Virus record (IMG/VR): IMGVR_UViG_3300046010_005562
Source: a virus
Strand: one strand, 5' to 3'
DNA length: 64,000 nucleotides
A program made the translations under genes and the position numbers. Every line of letters starts with the position of its first letter. Within the stretch, counting starts at the first letter, position 1. The notes below the pieces were generated by a model. The model saw nothing but the letters and a program-made list of their open reading frames with translations, ran no database searches and was not told the DNA's origin. Below are positions 57,800 through 64,000 of this stretch, piece after piece.

Positions 57800-59455
57800 T
57801 TATCTTTGTTGGTATGGATTATATGGATTTACTAAGGCTTGTTTAGGTTCTGCTCCAGATATTCCAGAACCATCGCCAGTTTCAGGTTCATTTTGTTGTT
57901 GTTGTTGTTGTTCCTGATCTATCTGATCTCCTTGTTCGCCCATAGCTAATTGTTGTTTTTGCATTTCTATTTCTAATTCTTCAGAGATTTCTTGTTCCAT
58001 CTTTTCAATATCTTCATCATTAAGTCTTAGAATATGTCTTTGAACCCAATTCTTAGAATAATATTTACCTACATAAGGATCAATAATTTGCAATAACCCC
58101 ATTCTTTCTTGCATTATTTCTGCTTCTTTTAATTCTGCAAAGTTATTATCCTTTATAAAATCAAAAAATACATGTTCTTTAAATTCATTCCATTCTTCTT
58201 CAGTACAAATTCCTTTTAATACTAATTGAACTCTTAATGCCTGATCAAATAGTTCAGAAAATTTATTTCTTAATTTATCTATAAATTTAGCAAATTTTAA
58301 TTCATCTCTTGTTATTTCAGAAGTTCTTCCAATACTAAATGCTTGTTGTGGATCTAATCTAGTAACAGGGACATTCAATGCTTTGTATAACTTCTTTTCA
58401 AAATATTCAACCATAGACATATCATTAAAAGAATCTGAAGATTCTAATGTTTGTATTTCTGTTCCTTTTCCACCTTCTCTTCTAGGCATCCAAAAATCTT
58501 CAAGCATAGATAAATGCTTTCTATCATCTCTAACTTCACCAGTACTTGCATCATAAACCAATTTATTTTTATATTTGGTCATAATGTCACGAATATACTG
58601 TTCAGCCTTTATCTTAGGAAGATTCCCTACATCAACATAAAAAATTCTTCTTTGTGGTGCTCTAGATATTTTATAAATTACAGAAGCATCTTCCATCATT
58701 CTTAATTGGTTCAAAGGCTTAATAGCTTTATGAACATAACTAAGAACCATAGATCTTCTAGTATCCATCAATCCTGAATTTATACTAATAATAGAATCTG
58801 GAGCTATTTTAATTCCTATAGGACCATATGTAGAAGATGATGTTTTTTCAGATAATTTATCATTATATAAGAAAAACTCATTAACACCTACTATAACTTC
58901 TACTCCAGTTACCTCATCTTTCTTTTTCTTTATTTCTCTTACTTTTTTGATCTTTCTAGGATCAATATATCTTAATTCTTGAATTCCTTTTTGAGGATTA
59001 TTAATATCTATAAGAATATGATAATTCAATCTCCCATCAACATAAAATCTTCTAAATATATCAGAAGCCATGTTATTATAATTTAAAAGTCTCAAGATAT
59101 TATGGAATTCATCCTCTATGGCTTTTTTAATTTTATCAGATTGTTTTAAATCGTCCAAAACTATTTTTGTAATTAAACCATCATCGTCTTGAACTATTGC
59201 TTCATTAACAACATCTTCAATAGCACTATCAACTTCAGGTTGAAGGCTCATCTCACGATATCTAATTATTAATTCAACTTCATTTTTAGCAGAGCCATCA
59301 ACATCGATGGCTGTTCCGAAAAATGCAGAAGAAGATATAGTAAGAGAACCATCATCGTTTGTTGGTGGAGCAAACGATTGCTCTACTTGTACTTTATCTT
59401 CTTCCTTTTTTCCAATTTTGAAGCCAAATAAACTAAATCTGCTTTTATCTGCCAT
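57800..59455 (-). CDS. 20: Portal protein (gp20)
   Basis: YREM...PEVD.AI, YVDGR, RAPQRRIFYVDVGNLPK, EDFWMPRREG. Confidence 0.98.
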   Translation of the reverse strand: MADKSRFSLFGFKIGKKEEDKVQVEQSFAPPTNDDGSLTISSSAFFGTAIDVDGSAKNEVELIIRYREMSLQPEVDSAIEDVVNEAIVQDDDGLITKIVLDDLKQSDKIKKAIEDEFHNILRLLNYNNMASDIFRRFYVDGRLNYHILIDINNPQKGIQELRYIDPRKIKKVREIKKKKDEVTGVEVIVGVNEFFLYNDKLSEKTSSSTYGPIGIKIAPDSIISINSGLMDTRRSMVLSYVHKAIKPLNQLRMMEDASVIYKISRAPQRRIFYVDVGNLPKIKAEQYIRDIMTKYKNKLVYDASTGEVRDDRKHLSMLEDFWMPRREGGKGTEIQTLESSDSFNDMSMVEYFEKKLYKALNVPVTRLDPQQAFSIGRTSEITRDELKFAKFIDKLRNKFSELFDQALRVQLVLKGICTEEEWNEFKEHVFFDFIKDNNFAELKEAEIMQERMGLLQIIDPYVGKYYSKNWVQRHILRLNDEDIEKMEQEISEELEIEMQKQQLAMGEQGDQIDQEQQQQQQNEPETGDGSGISGAEPKQALVNPYNPYQQR

Positions 59456-59486
59456 TATTGTCTCCAATCATACTATATATTTTTAT

Positions 59487-60020
59487 TTAATTATTAACTA
59501 CGTCATTTGTCCAATATTGATATGCAAATGTAGCACTAAATTCTTCAATAGTGTCATTATTTCCCCAATCTAAAGTAACTGGAGAAATATCAATAGGAAA
59601 TGCTTGTATCATTTTATATGTAGCTATTACAGTTCCTGCTTTTCCATAATGAATGACTTCAGCATCTTTCATGTAAATATCTGGTTGCACATAACCAGTA
59701 GTTCTTAAATTTGATTCATGTGTTTTTAAACTAGCCATCCAAGTTTCTAAAGCAGATCTAGGACCAGATGTATAGTCATCTTCATCAGAAAGTATAGATA
59801 CAGTCCAAGGATCAAATGATCTATCGCCAGCAAATTTAATCTGTCTTCCAAAGTAAAATACTGGAGCTACTCCAATACTTGAACCTGGAATTGATGTTGC
59901 TTTTGCTCTATATGTAAATTTTCCTGAACCATTTATTGCAGGAAATATAATTTCAAATAGATTAGGTCTTGCCCCATCTACAGGCATATTTGTTATAAAA
60001 TTTGTAATTGAGAATGCCAT
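59487..60020 (-). CDS. 19: Tail tube protein (gp19)
   Basis: GARPNLF, GRQIKFAGDRSF.PW, FP, IEEF..TF.YQYW. Confidence 0.95.
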   Translation of the reverse strand: MAFSITNFITNMPVDGARPNLFEIIFPAINGSGKFTYRAKATSIPGSSIGVAPVFYFGRQIKFAGDRSFDPWTVSILSDEDDYTSGPRSALETWMASLKTHESNLRTTGYVQPDIYMKDAEVIHYGKAGTVIATYKMIQAFPIDISPVTLDWGNNDTIEEFSATFAYQYWTNDVVNN

Positions 60021-60072
60021 TTTTCTTATTCTCCGTATAAGGTATTGGTATTAATATTTATGTTATTTATTT

Positions 60073-60100
60073 TGAATGGGCTAGAACTCTAGCCCATTCA
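60073..60100 (-). terminator. Hairpin between genes 18 and 19
   Basis: TGAATGGGCTAG/CTAGCCCATTCA inverted repeat; no clean U-tract on the minus strand, so it may be a processing or stability hairpin. Confidence 0.6.
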
Positions 60101-60112
60101 TTTAGGTTTATT

Positions 60113-62122
60113 TTAGAATTTACCTACAACGGTGCTAAATTCAACACCACTCTTAACAGCAACAAAGTTCAACTGAATAAAATTAATGCTCTTTGTAGGT
60201 TTAATATAAATGTCACCAACAAACCCATTAGAATCTATAACTTGTGGAGTATTATTTGTTGAATCACAAACAACCAAATAATCATATATTCCATTTTTAG
60301 CTTTAACTGCTCTTAAATAAGGTTCAACCATAGCAACAAATTGTGATCTTGTAAATTGATCATTCATTTCAAATAGAGAATTTAATGCAGCCATAGAAAT
60401 ACTCTTTTCAAGAGTAATAAACAATCTACGAACATTTATTCTGTCAAATGCAGATGGAGTACTTAATAGAGTTTTATCACCGAATAACATTGGACCTGTT
60501 CCTGTAAAAGATACAACCGGATTAACTCCGTTCATGTATAACGAATCTCTTTCATTTCTTAATGGATTCCATGCTAATTTAAGAATATTTTTAATAAGTC
60601 CTTTTTTCATTCCTGCAGGAGAAACCCAAGTGTCATGAGTTAAGTCTGTTTGAGCACAAAGTCCTGCAATGTCAGCATTTAAAGGAACCCAACGATATAT
60701 GTTGTTGTATGGGTCTAATTGATATTTCCACCCACTATCAACAACAGCATAAGAACTTTGTCTATCTAATGTATCTAAAAATCCACCTACTCCTAAAATA
60801 TTAGTTAATTCAGATCCTTTGGCTGAAACAACATCTTCATATCTTGGGGAAATAAAGACCATTGCATCTTTTCTTCCAGTTATAGGATAATTCTGACCTT
60901 CAATAATATTATCAATTAAGTATTGACTAACATCTATTGAAGAAGCTCCAGTTATACATAAATTAACTTCAAATGCATCTTTATTTTTAAATTCATCCCA
61001 ACCTCTAATTAGATCAGAAGAGTCTAAATCATTTCCGTTAGATCCATTATCTAATTTAAAGTACATATTAGGGGTTTGATCAAATTCTATACCTTCTCTA
61101 ACTGATCTATCCCAAGTATCTGAAGTATTAGCATAATCAACTGGGTCCATTGCATATATATAATTAGATCTTTCAAATACAGCTTGTTTATAGTAACTGA
61201 TTCTTCCAGATGCATCAATAGCATCAAATGCTTTTGATACCAGTTCAAATTTTTCTAATACTTGTCCTTTTTGTCCTGAGAAAATACCATTAGTGTCTAC
61301 TACTACTATATGCATTTCGTCATTTGCAGATCCCTTAAGTGATGCAGATTCAGAAGTTTTTGGAGGACTTTTGAAATAATTTTTATAATTCCAAGTTGAA
61401 AAATTATTAGAAGAAGTACAAACAGAAACTGTTAAAGAATCTCCAGAAACACCAGCATATCTAGCTACGAAAGGCCCAAATTCATTATTATTATTTTTGT
61501 GTAAATAGTCAGTTTCATAATCAATTTCATTTTTAATTAAAGTAGTATTAGCTGAATTTAAAATTTCAATTTCTAATCTATCGGTTGTTGATACATTTGC
61601 TGTTATCTCTCCAGACAGAGTTAAAAGACCACTTTCTGTGTTAGCATCTGTAATTTGTAATGTATTAACGTTATTTCCAGTTAAATACCAACCAATTGTT
61701 AAGTTAGATGCTACATTTGCATCAACCACTAAATAAACTTTTGGTTCTAATGTATTTGCTTCTAAATTTTGACTAGGAGTAAGTTGTCCTGCGTTAGTAT
61801 AATAAACATTAGCTGAAGATGAGTTCAATGCTGATGCTATATCTATTCCTCTTACTACCCAAAGACTTCCCCCAGCATATGATAAAAAGTTCAAACAAGA
61901 CATATAACAAGTACCAACAAATGCATTTAATGATGAATCTGTTGGTGGTAAAAATCTTGTTTTTAAATTTTCTTTAGTTGCAACCATAACAGGAAAATCT
62001 GCTGGACCCCAATTGAATTGTCCAACAAAACCACCTGTAGAAACGCTAACAACTGAAACGTAATTTGTTAAATCGATTTCTCTTACATTTATTCCTGGTG
62101 AATTTTGTGATGATAATGCCAT
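60113..62122 (-). CDS. 18: Tail sheath protein (gp18)
   Basis: SPGINVREIDLT, F.WGP, SPAG, FGDKT, FDRINVRRLF, FE.ND. Confidence 0.98.
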   Translation of the reverse strand: MALSSQNSPGINVREIDLTNYVSVVSVSTGGFVGQFNWGPADFPVMVATKENLKTRFLPPTDSSLNAFVGTCYMSCLNFLSYAGGSLWVVRGIDIASALNSSSANVYYTNAGQLTPSQNLEANTLEPKVYLVVDANVASNLTIGWYLTGNNVNTLQITDANTESGLLTLSGEITANVSTTDRLEIEILNSANTTLIKNEIDYETDYLHKNNNNEFGPFVARYAGVSGDSLTVSVCTSSNNFSTWNYKNYFKSPPKTSESASLKGSANDEMHIVVVDTNGIFSGQKGQVLEKFELVSKAFDAIDASGRISYYKQAVFERSNYIYAMDPVDYANTSDTWDRSVREGIEFDQTPNMYFKLDNGSNGNDLDSSDLIRGWDEFKNKDAFEVNLCITGASSIDVSQYLIDNIIEGQNYPITGRKDAMVFISPRYEDVVSAKGSELTNILGVGGFLDTLDRQSSYAVVDSGWKYQLDPYNNIYRWVPLNADIAGLCAQTDLTHDTWVSPAGMKKGLIKNILKLAWNPLRNERDSLYMNGVNPVVSFTGTGPMLFGDKTLLSTPSAFDRINVRRLFITLEKSISMAALNSLFEMNDQFTRSQFVAMVEPYLRAVKAKNGIYDYLVVCDSTNNTPQVIDSNGFVGDIYIKPTKSINFIQLNFVAVKSGVEFSTVVGKF

Positions 62123-62191
62123 AAAATAATCTCCTTGATTAAAAAATTCTTATACTCTTATTTATTAAAAATAACTTTTTTACAACTATAT

Positions 62192-63883
62192 TTAAAAATC
62201 TAAAAGTTCTTTAAATAATTTTTCATAAGGATCTTTATCTTTAGTTTCTATCCATACAGTATCTTCTGAAACAAAAAATGGAACTTCTAATCCACTCCAT
62301 TTATCAATGATAGGAAGAATATCATCATCGTCAGATATGTTAAATTTTTCTAATTGTAATTGTTTTCTAATATCATGATCTACAATCTCTTTAAAATATT
62401 TTTGAGTAGATAACCATCCAAAAATAACTAAAGTCATAGCTAAATCGTCATTACATCCTTCTTCTGCTTCATATGAATTAGAATTTGAAACAAAAGTAGT
62501 TAATTCTGAATAAGTTTCAAAATCATTTATGATTAACTTATCCATTTCAATTAGAGTTTTTAAAGTAGAACACCCCATTCTTTTTACTAATGGAGACATT
62601 TTTAATCCTAACGCCATACCATTTCCAAATCCAGATGATAATGTTTGAGCTTTTTTATTTCCAGAAACAACTCTCATAACATTTTCATATTCAAGATCAT
62701 TTTGTAATATTTCAGCAACTTGCGGATTATTATTTATTTCAATCAAAACATATGCATTATTATAGTATACAGCACACATTTGTAGTATATTAGGATATAA
62801 TAATGGAGATATTGTATTATCTCTGAATCTAGCCACTTGTTTATACGGCATTGTCGAAACATCGAATACTGAAAATGCTGAATAGTCTAAGTTTCTACCT
62901 TCAGAAACATCGACAGTCATTGCATACATATGAGTTCTAGTTACTTGATTTCCTTCTTCATCGAAAAATTCTTTTATAGGTTCTTCATATATCTTCATTC
63001 CAGAGAAGTCATTAATTTCATCTTTATAAGATATAGTTGCTAATTTCTCTCCTGAAATCAGTGTGTTAGTAGACCCCAAGAATTCTGTTTCAAATTCCTG
63101 CTGCCATTGTCTAAGACTTGTATTTTTTATTGTATCTTCTTTAAACTTTTCATCTCTTCCAGGAACCATTGACCAATGGATACTGAATGTTTTATAATCA
63201 TTTCTTTTTCCAAGAGCATCTGTCCACATCTTATAGAATAAATTCATTCCGTTTGGTGTGGATACAATAATCATTTTTGTAGTTTTACCAGAAGAAATTA
63301 CTGGATAAACAGAAGTGAAGAATTTTTCTGCGATATTTGGTGGAACGAAAGCAAACTCATCTAAGAATACTAGGGTAAAAGATCCACCACGAATAGCATT
63401 TGAAGATGTTGCAGATGCTAATACTTTAGAACCATTTTCTAATTCAATGTTACCCTTATTCCAAACCTTAACACCTTGCTGTAGCCATAATGGAAGGTTT
63501 TCATATGCAAGTTGATATCTATCAAGAATCTCTCTAGCAAGATCTCCTTTATTTGCAAGAATAGCAATATTTTGATCAGAATTGAATAAAGATAACCAAA
63601 GAATATAAGAAACAGAAGTTACTGTTTTTCCAACCTGTCTTGGACATTTAACAATATTGAATCTATTTTCATGGAAATTAGTAACCATCTCCTCTTGATA
63701 ATCATACATATTGAATGGAACAACGCCATAATCAACATGAACTACTTTTACATAATTTTTAATAAAATAGATAGGATCATTAGCGCATTTTATATATTCT
63801 TGTACTTGATCTTCTGTGAATTCTATATTAACCCCTTCACGCTTTAATAAGGGATTAGATCTGTAGGATGATTCTACTATCAT
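62192..63883 (-). CDS. 17: Terminase large subunit (gp17)
   Basis: PRQVGKT, FLDEFAF, STPNG, VDVSEG, DDLAM. Confidence 0.98.
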   Translation of the reverse strand: MIVESSYRSNPLLKREGVNIEFTEDQVQEYIKCANDPIYFIKNYVKVVHVDYGVVPFNMYDYQEEMVTNFHENRFNIVKCPRQVGKTVTSVSYILWLSLFNSDQNIAILANKGDLAREILDRYQLAYENLPLWLQQGVKVWNKGNIELENGSKVLASATSSNAIRGGSFTLVFLDEFAFVPPNIAEKFFTSVYPVISSGKTTKMIIVSTPNGMNLFYKMWTDALGKRNDYKTFSIHWSMVPGRDEKFKEDTIKNTSLRQWQQEFETEFLGSTNTLISGEKLATISYKDEINDFSGMKIYEEPIKEFFDEEGNQVTRTHMYAMTVDVSEGRNLDYSAFSVFDVSTMPYKQVARFRDNTISPLLYPNILQMCAVYYNNAYVLIEINNNPQVAEILQNDLEYENVMRVVSGNKKAQTLSSGFGNGMALGLKMSPLVKRMGCSTLKTLIEMDKLIINDFETYSELTTFVSNSNSYEAEEGCNDDLAMTLVIFGWLSTQKYFKEIVDHDIRKQLQLEKFNISDDDDILPIIDKWSGLEVPFFVSEDTVWIETKDKDPYEKLFKELLDF

Positions 63884-64000
63884 TAATTACCTTCTATCAC
63901 ATCTTTTTCATTTATATCTTTAACCATTTTTGCTAACTCTTTTGTAGATCCAACAAAAATAGCATTTTTTATATTTGTTTTAGTTTCTTCTTTTTGTTTA
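63883..64000 (-). CDS. 16: Terminase small subunit (gp16), 3' end only
   Basis: Manual translation gives ...NAIFVGSTKELAKMVK...; TAATG overlap with gene 17. Confidence 0.85.
   Translation of the reverse strand, partial: KQKEETKTNIKNAIFVGSTKELAKMVKDINEKDVIEGN

Noticed and set aside
57890-57915. CAA run encoding poly-Gln in the portal C-terminus
   Set aside because: Short low-complexity tail of a kind common in gp20 homologues; in-frame triplets give no phase variation.
2244-63515. Short plus-strand and nested ORFs in the track (e.g. 7057-7446, 39405-39776, 52183-52512, 57402-57734)
   Set aside because: They are antisense or out-of-frame shadows of well-supported genes, with no recognisable motifs.
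1-64000. Stop-codon reassignment, tRNA genes, CRISPR arrays, diversity-generating retroelement
   Set aside because: Core genes are full length in the standard code with TAA, TGA and TAG all used as stops. I saw no cloverleaf, repeat-spacer array or reverse transcriptase by eye.

Overview
A 64 kb, very AT-rich segment of a large T4-like (myovirus) phage genome. All genes except one are on the minus strand. It holds a nucleotide metabolism block (nrdA, nrdB, thyX, MazG-like, dCMP deaminase), the T4-type replisome and recombination genes (gp61, gp41, uvsX, gp43, regA, gp62, gp44, gp45, gp46, gp47, uvsW, uvsY), the late sigma factor gp55, and the head/tail module (gp3, gp23, gp22, gp21, gp20, gp19, gp18, gp17, partial gp16). 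Auxiliary genes include speD-like, hsp20 and def. T4 late promoters (TATAAATA) and sigma70-type promoters are visible. The main unusual signals are four. (1) uvsX is fractured into two genes carrying the N- and C-halves of a naturally split intein, with a free-standing HNH endonuclease gene between them. (2) A ~13 kb, 15-gene glycan locus (gmd, fcl/colC, ColD-type dehydratase, O-methyltransferase, many glycosyltransferases) coincides with virion proteins rich in (A/G)N(T/V) motifs, suggesting phage-encoded virion glycosylation. (3) A set of proteins start with a T4 capsid-targeting-like leader (MK[TS]F.E...E) and carry putative injected cargo: an ADP-ribosyltransferase, a Dps-like protein and an orphan HicA-like RNase domain. 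(4) The regA-hsp20 spacer is highly structured, with an H-type pseudoknot and a ROSE-like thermometer. All calls come from motif recognition by eye; no searches were run.
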